In this document: one piece after another, positions 27,841 through 37,088 of the stretch
Layout of the letters: every line of letters begins with the position of its first letter
How positions within the stretch are numbered: the first letter of the stretch is position 1
Origin: Chloroflexia bacterium
GTDB taxonomy: Bacteria > Chloroflexota > Chloroflexia > QHBQ01 > JADMIH01
Length of the DNA: 64,000 bases
Assembly (NCBI GenBank): GCA_035474135.1
Contig: DATINP010000044.1
Span: 4,295 to 68,294 of the forward strand
Direction of reading: 5' to 3'
Notes under the pieces: generated by a model
What the model was told of the DNA's origin: nothing
Database searches by the model: none
What the model saw: only the letters and a program-made list of their open reading frames with translations
Position numbers and translations under genes: made by a program

Positions 27841-28994
27841 CCCTCGTCAGCCTCGGGCACAGGGGATGTGGGACGGGCGAAGGGGCTTTGGCTGACATGG
27901 TTGGGGCCGGGATTCACCCAGTCGCGGCCTGCCAGCGCTACGTAGGCCTCTGCCCGGATTACGCGTTTACAGCGGGCGCAGTAGTCCTGCCAGTGGTGAC
28001 CTTCTCTGGGCAGCCAGAAGTTGTAGCCCACTCCGTTCAGCGCACTCTTCACGTCCTCTACATGCAGTTGCATACCGAAGGGACGGCCACAGCGCGCGCA
28101 GTTCTTCATTCCCTGCTCGGTGCCTACGGCGTAATAAAGTTCTACACCCAGGCTGGCGGGACGCTCGATGATGTGGAACAGCTTGCCGAAGGGCAGATAC
28201 AGGATCAGCATGATCACCACGAACTGGTGCGTCAGCGTGATCGGCCAGTGCTGCCACCCCTCGAAGAAGACGTCCACTATAGTCAACATGATGCCCGTGA
28301 TCGAGACGGCCATCAGCAAGTGGAGGGGGAGCATATCGAACAGCACGCGCTGGATGGGCTTCACGGCTCTGTCATTTAGGCGCCGCCAGTATGCGATGCT
28401 GACGCCTATGATCACCAGGACGGCCGTGTAGTCGAGCGCGTGGAAGGTGTTGAAGCCGATAGGGCCGAGGGCGTCGAACTCGGCTACGGGGAAGCCAAAG
28501 AAGTAGGCTCGGTAGTGGTTAGCGGCGAGAGCATCAAAGTAGATCCAGCCGAAGGTGAGGGGGAGGGTAATAGCGAAGCTGAGGATGACACCCCAGAAGA
28601 GGCATTGGTGCATGACCCAGCGCAGAGTAGAGCGCTGGCGGATAAAAGTCTGGAAGAGCAGGTTGCGCACGAACGTAACCGGGATCACCCAGAAGTAGCG
28701 CTTGAAGTTCTTCCAGGAGAGGAAGAATTGCCAGCTCCGCCGCCACATAATGCGCGTGCTGGGCCGCATGAGCCAGGTGCCGTAGTGGAAGCCGATGGCA
28801 AACGCCGAGAAGAGGGTGGCGATGGCATAGCCCGTGAGCGCGGGGTCGAAGTGCGCCAACATCCGCGACCCGATCATGATGAGGAGCGCCAACCCGACCA
28901 TACACGCCAGCCCTATCAATGATGAGCGTAGAGCAGTGCTTCGTCGCGAGTAGACAGTGGTAATGGGTCGAGTGTGTATGTTGGTACTTTGCAT
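27810..28994 (-). CDS. NarI/DsrM-like membrane cytochrome b subunit with C-terminal Cys-rich domain
   Basis: Multi-TM with LYLPFGKLFHII (NarI-like) and a C-terminal CARCGRPF...CARCKR cluster. Confidence 0.5.
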   Translation of the reverse strand: MQSTNIHTRPITTVYSRRSTALRSSLIGLACMVGLALLIMIGSRMLAHFDPALTGYAIATLFSAFAIGFHYGTWLMRPSTRIMWRRSWQFFLSWKNFKRYFWVIPVTFVRNLLFQTFIRQRSTLRWVMHQCLFWGVILSFAITLPLTFGWIYFDALAANHYRAYFFGFPVAEFDALGPIGFNTFHALDYTAVLVIIGVSIAYWRRLNDRAVKPIQRVLFDMLPLHLLMAVSITGIMLTIVDVFFEGWQHWPITLTHQFVVIMLILYLPFGKLFHIIERPASLGVELYYAVGTEQGMKNCARCGRPFGMQLHVEDVKSALNGVGYNFWLPREGHHWQDYCARCKRVIRAEAYVALAGRDWVNPGPNHVSQSPFARPTSPVPEADEGESKILDHRS

Positions 28995-29032
28995 ACTGCC
29001 CCCTTTTGACCGGCGGTCATGCGTGATAGGTC

Positions 29033-29100
29033 AAGCGCTGTCGCGACAATAAAGTGATTGTCAGCCGACCAGTTGGTCACGTATCACCTGTGACCCATTG
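29033..29100. repeat. GCTGTCGCGACAATAAAG palindrome copy plus GGTCAC-N9-GTGACC inverted repeat in divergent promoter region
   Basis: tgtcgcgaca core at 29036-29045; ggtcacgtatcacctgtgacc at about 29076-29096. Confidence 0.6.
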
Positions 29101-29368
29101 CGTGCGCGTTCCGCGTCTGGCCACAGGCCGCTAACCAGCGTACGATGGCCCTATTATACTTAGCTAAGGGTGAATTACAAGGTAAAACCAGGTGAACAAG
29201 CATTAATATAAGCGCTATTTGTGTGTGAACGCGCCTGTGTGTCGAGTTTTCACCTTTCTTTTACCTACTGCAACGCTCCCGTTGACAACTCTCCTGTAGA
29301 CTGGCATAGTGCTTGCAATTCTTACCGCGACCTGTCTGCTTCTATGACCATGGCGTTCCTTCCATCCT

Positions 29369-30511
29369 ATGCTCAGTGATATTCTCATTTCGCCGATAAC
29401 CCAGTTACTGCTCTTGTTGACCGTCTCATTGTTGGTGCGCCGGCTGTGGCTTCAGCCTGCCGAGCCTCCCACCGCAGCAGGCGCGCCCGTCATGGCTGTG
29501 GGCATCTTTGCGCTTGCCGCCCTTCAGAAGTTACCGGGGCCTGTCGAGCCGGTTACCCGTCTGCTGTGCCTCGAACTGGTACTGGTCTGGCTCTATATAG
29601 GCGGTGGCCTGCTGGCATCGTATCGTCGCGGCACTTTTCACGTTCACACCGATGACCCGGTCGGCCTCTTCGCTATAGGCACATGGGTGGCCGCCACATC
29701 GACTCTGGGCACCCTCGTGGGCATGGCCTTCCCCGAGTGGGACGTGCTTGTGGCGTTCATGGGCGTGCTCATGGTGGCAATGTGGGTCTGGTATATCACG
29801 TTGATCATGCCCGCGTTTCGACAGTTGTTCACCCCTGGCGGCAATCGCCCTGTTACCGGGCGTATCCTCCTCGCCACTGTCGCCACGCAGTCTCTGATTG
29901 TGCTGTGGGCGGCGGTCTATCCTCATACGGTTATAACGTGGCTGGCGCAAGGCGTAATAGCTCTAGGCATCCTGTTCTATCTGCTCGGCTTCGTGCTGCT
30001 CGTCCGGCGGTATGTTGGCATGCGCGGCTGGAGCCTGGCCACCGACTGGGATAACACCAACTGCATCATCCACGGCGCGATGTCTATCACGGGCAATGCG
30101 GCACTCCGCAGTGGTGTCCTCCCACCCGAGATCGTGATCGCCATCTGGCTGTGGACCGCTCTCATGTTCGTGCTGGTGGAGGGGGTAGAGATTGTGCGGC
30201 TGGTCGTGCGCGTGAGACAGTATGGGTGGGGGCAGGGCGTGTTCAGCTACAACGTCTCCCAGTGGGCGCGCAACTTCACCTTCGGTATGTTCTATATTTT
30301 CACTCTCCTTTTGCAGTCGCACCTGGGCGCACACGAGGTGGGCCTGCCTTTGCTCGTAGCGATACAGGACGTCATAGTAGCCTGGGGCCAGTATGTGGTG
30401 CTATTCATGCTGGCAGTAGAGGTATTCATCTTTCTACTCCGTAGCGCTGGTCTGAGGCTCCAGGCGAGGGCGTCCAGCAACAGACAACGAACCGTGGCGC
30501 CGACCGTCTAG
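29369..30511 (+). CDS. polytopic membrane protein (TDT/TehA-like transporter?)
   Basis: 380 aa, about 10 TM helices; weak resemblance only. Confidence 0.35.
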   Translation: MLSDILISPITQLLLLLTVSLLVRRLWLQPAEPPTAAGAPVMAVGIFALAALQKLPGPVEPVTRLLCLELVLVWLYIGGGLLASYRRGTFHVHTDDPVGLFAIGTWVAATSTLGTLVGMAFPEWDVLVAFMGVLMVAMWVWYITLIMPAFRQLFTPGGNRPVTGRILLATVATQSLIVLWAAVYPHTVITWLAQGVIALGILFYLLGFVLLVRRYVGMRGWSLATDWDNTNCIIHGAMSITGNAALRSGVLPPEIVIAIWLWTALMFVLVEGVEIVRLVVRVRQYGWGQGVFSYNVSQWARNFTFGMFYIFTLLLQSHLGAHEVGLPLLVAIQDVIVAWGQYVVLFMLAVEVFIFLLRSAGLRLQARASSNRQRTVAPTV

Positions 30512-31698
30512 CTTTGAGCGTCGCCTGTTTGGCTGGTTTCGTGCGCGATGAAAGTTTGCTTGCGGCCGGTGGCGGCGCGTGCGCCCGACAGTACGGCGAG
30601 GCCCGTGTTGCCCATGAACAACAACAGGGCGAACACACTCAAGAGGCCGCCCCACTGTCTGCCGTCCACCCAACCCAGCAAGTCGCTTGCCACGCGCAAG
30701 GCTAGAGCGGTATGCAGAAGCGCGAGGTGCGCGTAGAAGGCTTGTCTGTAAGGGACGCTCAGCCCGGTCACTGCGGGCAATATAATGGGAGCGTGAGCGA
30801 AGATCATAGACATTACGAAGCCCAGGAAGATCGAGTGCAGGAGGGCATCGTAGCGCGGACCTGCCGTGACCGCGCCGAACGCCAGAGCCAGCCCTCCCGC
30901 CACCAGCATCCAGGCGTAGCCCGCCAGCAGTCCTGTCGCGATGTAGCGGGTGAGGCCCTGGCCGCGCACGGTGCGGCGCGCGATATCGTAGCGCCCCAGC
31001 CACAGCGCCAGCGCCACCAACCCTACGCTCATAAGCCGGGTGCCCGCGTCCTGCCAGGGTACAGAGGTCGCCAATCCCCCTAAGAACACCGCTATTGCGG
31101 CCATGAACAGGGGACTGCTCGCGAGCGACCGTGGCAGCATCCGCGTCAGTTCCAGCCGCTCGCCTGCTATCGTTAGGATCAGGAAGCCCGCCCACCAGAG
31201 CGAGGTCTGGTAGATGGGCAGCCACACCAGCCACAGGATGTTACCGCACGCCCACACTACCGCGCCCAGAGCCATGGTCGCGATAAAGAGGGTGGGCTGT
31301 ACACGCAGCACCGACACATAAAGGACCACCAGCGTGATACTGCTCAGAGTAAGCAGCACAGGTCCGACGATCCCCAGTGGGTAAGGCATACCGAGCAGAA
31401 CCAGGAGCGCCACCACGCCTAGAGCACTCAACGCCGGTGCGACATATCCCCAGCCCTTACGCAGGGCCACAGCCCTCTCAAGGCCGATCACAGTGCCGAG
31501 AAAGCCGCCCACCATGAGCGCGCCATGCGCCCCGGGCAGAGTCGGGTTCAGCATGGGCAGGCTAAAGCCGAGCCGCATCAACCCGGCCCACATGGCCGCT
31601 ACCAGGGCGATCATGCCAAGTCCCATGAGTGGGAACCGCAAATGTGAAACGGTCATTGAAGTCCTTCTGGGGGAGAGGGGCGAGACATGATGCGTCAT
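30508..31698 (-). CDS. nnrS: NnrS-family membrane protein (NO-response)
   Basis: About 390 aa and 12 TM with conserved His; positioned directly downstream of nirK as in many denitrifiers. Confidence 0.5.
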   Translation of the reverse strand: MTHHVSPLSPRRTSMTVSHLRFPLMGLGMIALVAAMWAGLMRLGFSLPMLNPTLPGAHGALMVGGFLGTVIGLERAVALRKGWGYVAPALSALGVVALLVLLGMPYPLGIVGPVLLTLSSITLVVLYVSVLRVQPTLFIATMALGAVVWACGNILWLVWLPIYQTSLWWAGFLILTIAGERLELTRMLPRSLASSPLFMAAIAVFLGGLATSVPWQDAGTRLMSVGLVALALWLGRYDIARRTVRGQGLTRYIATGLLAGYAWMLVAGGLALAFGAVTAGPRYDALLHSIFLGFVMSMIFAHAPIILPAVTGLSVPYRQAFYAHLALLHTALALRVASDLLGWVDGRQWGGLLSVFALLLFMGNTGLAVLSGARAATGRKQTFIAHETSQTGDAQS

Positions 31699-31735
31699 GC
31701 GCTATGCGTCATGCGTCGTCTTAGTAACCCCTCGC
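31684..31735. repeat. (ATGCGTC)n array (reverse orientation of the GACGCAT family) plus TAACCCC unit
   Basis: gacatgatgcgtcatgcgctatgcgtcatgcgtcgtcttagtaacccctcgcc. Confidence 0.75.
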
Positions 31736-31747
31736 CTTCTCCTCTAC

Positions 31748-33208
31748 TTAAGGCTGAAACAGGTCTGGTCTCGGGCCGCCCTCTACGATAAGGTAGCCAG
31801 ACAGACCTCGGTCGGCTCGCGAGAGAGAGTGATCTACCAGCATGTACTTGCCCGGCACCTCGACCTTCATTTCGACCACAGTCGAGCCGCCCGCGGGCAC
31901 GAGCGTGGTTTGCACATCGGTCAGCGGAGGCGAGGTGAGTGACCCCTGGTTATACACCCTATCGAAGATCTCGCCGATCATGTGGAAGGACGACGTGAAG
32001 TTGGGGCCTCCCACCCCGAAGAAGATGCGTACTGTTTGCCCTGCCGTCGCCTGCAGCGGGTGCTCGTTGGTCAGCGCGCCCACAGCGCCGTTGAACACGA
32101 AGTACTCAGGCTTTTCGTCGAACAGCTTTTCGTCGCTGGGCGCGAGCAGGCCCGTGGAACCGAACGGTTGTTGGGTATACACCTCGCCCTGCATCACGTA
32201 GAACTCGCGGTCCACAGGAGGTAGGCCGCCCTCAGGTTCAACCAGGATCATGCCATACATACCGCTGGCTATATGCTGGGCGATCAGAGGCGTGGCGCAA
32301 TGATACACGAACAGGCCCGGACTAAGCGCCTTGAAAGTGAAGCTCTTCTCTTCGCCCGGCGCTACCTGCGTCACGGTCGCGCCCCCGCCAGGCCCGGTCA
32401 CGGCGTGCAGGTCAATCGAGTGGGTCATGGCGCTATCTGCGCGGTTTTTGAGCGTGACCTGTACGGTGTCGCCCACCCGCACCCGGATGAAGGGGCCGGG
32501 CACCGTGCCGTTAAAGGTCATGTACTTATAAGTCGCGCCGTCGGCCAGCCGTCCCTCTACCTCCACGGCCTCGAGGCTGATCTTCATAAGCTGGGGCGGA
32601 CGATTGCCTATGGGCGGTGGCAGATCGTCGGGCGCGTGCACGATACTCACTCCCTGTGCGGTCGGTGTTCCCGACGCGGCGGTTGTGGCTGTGTCGCCCA
32701 CGACGACTATACCCTCCATGCCCGCCATGCGATGCCCCGATATGGTGCAGTAGTAGGGGAACTGGCCGCTCTTGGTGGCGATGAACTGCACCATTGTCTG
32801 CGACCCAAGACCGCGCAGGTGGTCGGAATGCGCGTCGAAGTCGGGGAAGGTGATGTCGTGCTCGGACGGCTCCTCATTTACGAGCTTCACTACTACCAGG
32901 TCGCCCACTGCCGCGTGTAGCGAAGGATTGACTTGTCCGTCTATGTCCCCGCCCACGCCCACGAAGTCGAGGCCGCCATTCCGCGCCACGGTACGGAGAT
33001 CGTACGTCACGGTCGCCCCGTGGTCAGACATAGCCATGCCCGCATGATGCTCGTGGGGGTTGGTGGTTTGGCCCGTTTGGACAGAGACCATATCGGCGCA
33101 GCCCACGAGCAACAGCAGGCACAGCACTACAGGCAGTGCAGAGGTGCAGGTACGTATACCGATAGTGATGCGCCTGCTGTTGCTCGCGGTTCGACGCTCC
33201 CGGTTCAC
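31748..33208 (-). CDS. nirK: copper-containing nitrite reductase with N-terminal cupredoxin extension (three-domain NirK), lipoprotein signal
   Basis: HSIDLHAV, VYHCATP type-1/type-2 Cu ligands; extra N-terminal cupredoxin (YYCTISGHRMAGM); LLVGC lipobox. Confidence 0.85.
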   Translation of the reverse strand: MNRERRTASNSRRITIGIRTCTSALPVVLCLLLLVGCADMVSVQTGQTTNPHEHHAGMAMSDHGATVTYDLRTVARNGGLDFVGVGGDIDGQVNPSLHAAVGDLVVVKLVNEEPSEHDITFPDFDAHSDHLRGLGSQTMVQFIATKSGQFPYYCTISGHRMAGMEGIVVVGDTATTAASGTPTAQGVSIVHAPDDLPPPIGNRPPQLMKISLEAVEVEGRLADGATYKYMTFNGTVPGPFIRVRVGDTVQVTLKNRADSAMTHSIDLHAVTGPGGGATVTQVAPGEEKSFTFKALSPGLFVYHCATPLIAQHIASGMYGMILVEPEGGLPPVDREFYVMQGEVYTQQPFGSTGLLAPSDEKLFDEKPEYFVFNGAVGALTNEHPLQATAGQTVRIFFGVGGPNFTSSFHMIGEIFDRVYNQGSLTSPPLTDVQTTLVPAGGSTVVEMKVEVPGKYMLVDHSLSRADRGLSGYLIVEGGPRPDLFQP

Positions 33209-33939
33209 AGTGACGGGGTCTCCCGCCGGCCGATCTTCACCCTCCAGGTTGCCGGACCTTTTTCAAGGTAGTCCCAGGTGAACTCGCCGGGGTGTTCGGC
33301 GCTGAACTGGTAGTAAAGGGGCTTGGGGTCGTGGTCGTTGACCAGTACGAAGGTTTCGCCCGTTCCCAGCGCGGCGTAAGTATCGAAGATCAATTCGTGC
33401 CGTTCCCGAGGAGCTATCACACGTACGTCAAGCTGTAGCTCTGACGTTTCGTCATATGCATCGTGCATGCCGTTGAGGATGCGCTCCTGCTCGCTGGCGA
33501 GCATATACTTCTCGAGCAGAGGAATGTACACGCGCTCCTCTTTATCGAGATGGGGCACCAGCACGGCCTCCAGTTGCAGGCAGAGTCGCTGCAAAGTGGC
33601 CTGCAGGGCTGGTTTTTCTTCCGCGTTCGCCGCGCTCAGTGTCCTAACGACCCTCTCGATTTCCTCTATGTATCTGGTTATGTATTCGTGGTCTATTACC
33701 ATCGTTGCGGTGGCACTGCCGTGCTTTTTCACGAGGTGGTCAATCGCCGGATAGAGGTGTGCTTCTTCGCCCTGAGCGTGGGGCAGCAGGTCACCCTTGA
33801 GGAAGGTGACTAGGCCGGTGGGATCAGCCTGTGTGCCGGCTACTATTGCATTCACGTATCCGGCAAATGTGTCCAGGATCTCCTGATGGTGGCTGTGGAT
33901 CGCTTCGGCCACGTTGGTGTGTTCCATAGTATCTTCCAT
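33205..33939 (-). CDS. hemerythrin-like domain / DUF2249 fusion protein
   Basis: N-terminal HHE-type helices; C-terminal FVLVNDHDPKPLYYQF...WRV matches DUF2249; 4-nt overlap with nirK. Confidence 0.6.
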   Translation of the reverse strand: MEDTMEHTNVAEAIHSHHQEILDTFAGYVNAIVAGTQADPTGLVTFLKGDLLPHAQGEEAHLYPAIDHLVKKHGSATATMVIDHEYITRYIEEIERVVRTLSAANAEEKPALQATLQRLCLQLEAVLVPHLDKEERVYIPLLEKYMLASEQERILNGMHDAYDETSELQLDVRVIAPRERHELIFDTYAALGTGETFVLVNDHDPKPLYYQFSAEHPGEFTWDYLEKGPATWRVKIGRRETPSL

Positions 33940-33984
33940 GTTGTTTGTCCCTCCATTGTCTTTGCTTGCTTCTTTACCTGTGTG

Positions 33985-34332
33985 TCACCAGCCTAGTTGG
34001 TACTTGGCCCGGCCCGACATCATATCGGGGTTCCAGGGGGGTTTGAATGTCAGGTCTACCTCGACATCGCGTATAGCGGGCATGGCCTCACGGATGGCAT
34101 CCGTAACGCCGGTGGTCATGTAGGTGTGCAGGGGGCAGGCGGGCGTGGTCATCGTCATCTCGACCCTTGCTACATCGCCCTCTATGTCGAGACTGTACAC
34201 CAGGCCGAGGTCCACTATGTTCACGCCCAACTCGGGATCTATGACCGAGTAGAGACATTCCAGCGCCTGCAAATGGTCGTCGCTGGCCTCGCCCATGTCC
34301 ATCGGGTCGAGCAATGCGTTGCTGATTTTCAC
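33985..34332 (-). CDS. DUF59 (MIP18/SufT-like) Fe-S cluster assembly-associated protein
   Basis: VIDPELGVNIVDLGLVY...MTTPACPL signature. Confidence 0.75.
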   Translation of the reverse strand: MKISNALLDPMDMGEASDDHLQALECLYSVIDPELGVNIVDLGLVYSLDIEGDVARVEMTMTTPACPLHTYMTTGVTDAIREAMPAIRDVEVDLTFKPPWNPDMMSGRAKYQLGW

Positions 34333-34586
34333 CCTGTGACGTTCCTGTTTGTATGCTTGTTGGTGGCCGCATATGGAACATCGCCATCCTGGGCAGTTTC
34401 GATTGACCGGCGCAGCTTTTGTAGGAAGCCGTCTGGGTCAAGCCCGTAGCTGGACACCACCTCAGAGATGCTCTCAAAGCGGGAAAGAGGGCAGCCGATA
34501 CATGCTAACCGGTAGCTCAGGAAGACCGAGGCTGTGCTGGGCCATCGAGATAGGACGTCGCCTACGGTCCGGTCGATGATAGCCAT
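34329..34586 (-). CDS. DUF1858 domain protein (hybrid-cluster-protein-associated redox disulfide)
   Basis: LACIGC motif; roughly 85 aa from internal Met; 4-nt overlap with the DUF59 gene. Confidence 0.55.
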   Translation of the reverse strand: MAIIDRTVGDVLSRWPSTASVFLSYRLACIGCPLSRFESISEVVSSYGLDPDGFLQKLRRSIETAQDGDVPYAATNKHTNRNVTG

Positions 34587-34729
34587 TGTCGCTTGCTCGG
34601 TTTGTAGTATCAACTGCCCCAAGACTTTCCCTCCTTCACTATCAAATGTACAGCAGACGGCGAGGGGGAAGTGTGCGCAACCGCAACTTGTGGGGGATTC
34701 GTTACTTATACAATGGTGATAGGTGGCGA

Positions 34730-35473
34730 CTAGACTGATCCGGCAGGGGGAAGGTCTTCCGCAATCACCACCAGGTCGTGGGGCTGCTTGATCAGCACGC
34801 GTCCCCGGCCTGCCTTGACGAGGCCGCGCTGTTCCCACTCGCTCAACATGCGGCTGATCGTGTAGCGGGTGGTGCCGGTCATCTCGGCGAGATCCTGCTG
34901 GGTGAGCGCGACGTCGATCAATATGCCGTCTGCCGACCTGCGTCCGACCTGGTTCGCCAGCCTCAGCATGGCGCGGGCCACTCTGCGCTCGACGCGCTCG
35001 GTCGCGAGTTCGCGATAGCGGTCCTGGAACTCGATTACGTGGGCCGACACGACGCGCAGCATGTTGAGCGCCAGATGGGGGAAGCGCAGCATGAGTGCAA
35101 GCATTGAGTCGCTATCCCACGCCAGTAACCGGCATTCGTCCGCCGCCTGTGCCGTGGCGGGGTAGAGTGCCTTATCCACGACAGCGATAGCCCCGATGGT
35201 CTCGCCGGGACTGGCCACGCGCAGGAGCACCTGATGGCCTTCGGGCGTGATCTGTGTCATCTTGATCTGCCCTGCGACCAGTACGTAGAGGGTGGTGGCG
35301 GGGGCGCCCTGTCGGAAGAGGTAGGCGTTGGGCTTCAATCGCCGCGTGCGCCCCGCCCGCGCTACGCCCTCCAATTCGCTCGGCTCAAGTCCCTTGAACA
35401 GGTCGTTGCTCTCCAAATAGCCGACGTCTTGCAATCCGGGCCGAGTAGGGTTCATACTTGAATTGTACACCAA
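34730..35473 (-). CDS. Crp/Fnr-family transcriptional regulator (NnrR/Dnr-like by context)
   Basis: cNMP-binding beta-roll and C-terminal HTH (QQDLAEMTGTTRYTISRML); heads the NO-metabolism cluster. Confidence 0.8.
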   Translation of the reverse strand: MVYNSSMNPTRPGLQDVGYLESNDLFKGLEPSELEGVARAGRTRRLKPNAYLFRQGAPATTLYVLVAGQIKMTQITPEGHQVLLRVASPGETIGAIAVVDKALYPATAQAADECRLLAWDSDSMLALMLRFPHLALNMLRVVSAHVIEFQDRYRELATERVERRVARAMLRLANQVGRRSADGILIDVALTQQDLAEMTGTTRYTISRMLSEWEQRGLVKAGRGRVLIKQPHDLVVIAEDLPPAGSV

Positions 35474-35493
35474 AGAGGAGGAGGTTATCTCGC

Positions 35494-36039
35494 ATGGAAC
35501 AGGGTACGCTGTTCAACCAGCGGCTGGCCGAGGCGATTGCCTGGTGCAACATCCATGCTTCCATCGATAAGCCCGCCACGAGTTTGCGCTCGCCTGAATT
35601 GAATCCTATCGCTCCGGGGAGCGAGGTCGAGGTGGGCGCCAAGTGGGAGGGTGAGCAGGGGCCGGTCGAAACACTGGTTGCCCTGAGAAGCCGCCGCCTT
35701 CGTGAGATGGAGATATATCCTACTCTGCCCGCAGCACCACTAAATGATGGCCGTCTGCTGGTGTATTTCCCCTATGCAAATCTGACGGATGGGACCGCCG
35801 CCGATGTCAGCATGGGTTTCCTGGATGGTCTGGACGCGCCTCCATGGGATACCTGGGTCTGGTTTGGCTATGACCCTGGCCGGGTGGAACCTAGCGGCGA
35901 TTATTCCGACGCATACTATCTGGTGGCCTGGATACCGCAAATGTTCGTTGCGCTCGTTGATGCAGGCATCCGAGTCAGCTTGTACGATCTATTCTGGCTA
36001 TCCGATATGCCGGATCTGGCCCTGCCCATTCCCCATTAG
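35494..36039 (+). CDS. hypothetical protein
   Basis: ORF with AGGAGGAGG RBS 9 nt upstream of ATG 35494. Confidence 0.45.
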   Translation: MEQGTLFNQRLAEAIAWCNIHASIDKPATSLRSPELNPIAPGSEVEVGAKWEGEQGPVETLVALRSRRLREMEIYPTLPAAPLNDGRLLVYFPYANLTDGTAADVSMGFLDGLDAPPWDTWVWFGYDPGRVEPSGDYSDAYYLVAWIPQMFVALVDAGIRVSLYDLFWLSDMPDLALPIPH

Positions 36040-36167
36040 GCCGGTTGCTGTCTATCCGTTCCCCTCCCCTCGCGTACTCGTTGTCGGTCACGAGCCGTAT
36101 ACGGTACCATTAATGGAGTAGTAGTGAGCTTTCCGATGCTCAGGACTTTGAAGGAAATTCATACGCA

Positions 36168-37052
36168 ATGCTGAAAACTGACGCCACACCGCAGGCGGCA
36201 CGACGGGACGACCGGCTATACCTGGGTGCGCCACCAATACCCGACGATCATGGTGCCTACGCCATGCTTCTCCTGCCCATGGTGATAGGCTTCATACTGG
36301 GCATCGTGCGCGGCGTCGCGCCTTCAGCCGGAGCGTTGGAAGTGGCCATGGCCTGCGTGCTGTTCGCGGTGGCGCTGGTGGCGCTCTTCTTCGCCAGTGA
36401 GCCTCTTAGCGTGGCGTTCAAGCCAAAGGCGAGCACGGGTGCCCGACGTAGGGCCGCGCGCTGGCTGGCGATCTACCTCGCGGTAGCAGCGTGTGCGGGC
36501 GCACCTCTGCTGTTCGTGTGGGGGTTGTGGGGGTTGCGCTGGTTCCTGGTGGTGGCGGGCGTATTGATGCTGGCGTTCCTGGTTGCCGTGAAGATGCGGA
36601 AACAGCGCAGTATGGCCCTGCGCCTGCCCGGCATCCTCTGCCTGACGTTAAGCGGTCCCGCCGCCTATTACGTCACGACGGGCAGGCTCGACGCCCAGGC
36701 ATGGGGGCTGGGAGTGGCGTGCGCGGTGTACTTCGTGGGCACGATCTTCAACGTGCGCGCCTGGTTTGAGATCAACCGCCAGAAGAAAAGTGGCATATCG
36801 CCCACACGTCTACCTGGCTGGCTCGTCACTGCGATCTGGCTGTACCTCGCGGGCGGAGCGCTTGCGGTCGCACTCACCGTATTGGCGGACGCGCTCCCGT
36901 GGGCCGCTTACATCGCGCTGGTGCCCTCGCTGCTCCGCGCCATCTGGACTCTATGGAGCACCCCCGCCCACATCCCTATCAAGCGCATCGGCCTGATAGA
37001 GTTCGCACAGAGCTTTGCCTTTGCCATTCTGCTGGTGGCTGTGATGGCTTAG
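36168..37052 (+). CDS. hypothetical membrane protein (YwiC-like?)
   Basis: 294 aa, about 8 TM helices. Confidence 0.4.
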   Translation: MLKTDATPQAARRDDRLYLGAPPIPDDHGAYAMLLLPMVIGFILGIVRGVAPSAGALEVAMACVLFAVALVALFFASEPLSVAFKPKASTGARRRAARWLAIYLAVAACAGAPLLFVWGLWGLRWFLVVAGVLMLAFLVAVKMRKQRSMALRLPGILCLTLSGPAAYYVTTGRLDAQAWGLGVACAVYFVGTIFNVRAWFEINRQKKSGISPTRLPGWLVTAIWLYLAGGALAVALTVLADALPWAAYIALVPSLLRAIWTLWSTPAHIPIKRIGLIEFAQSFAFAILLVAVMA

Positions 37053-37075
37053 GGATCTTAGATCTTAGATCGTAA
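37050..37075. repeat. (GATCTTA)n palindromic array
   Basis: agggatcttagatcttagatcgtaag. Confidence 0.7.
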
Positions 37076-37088
37076 GTTGTGGTAAGAA

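Noticed and set aside
29076-29096. GGTCAC-N9-GTGACC inverted repeat as a specific Crp/Fnr-type operator
   Set aside because: The half-sites are the same GTGACC unit used in the heptamer repeat family (compare 51921-52043), so it is more likely another repeat-element copy than a dedicated operator; kept only as a repeat feature.
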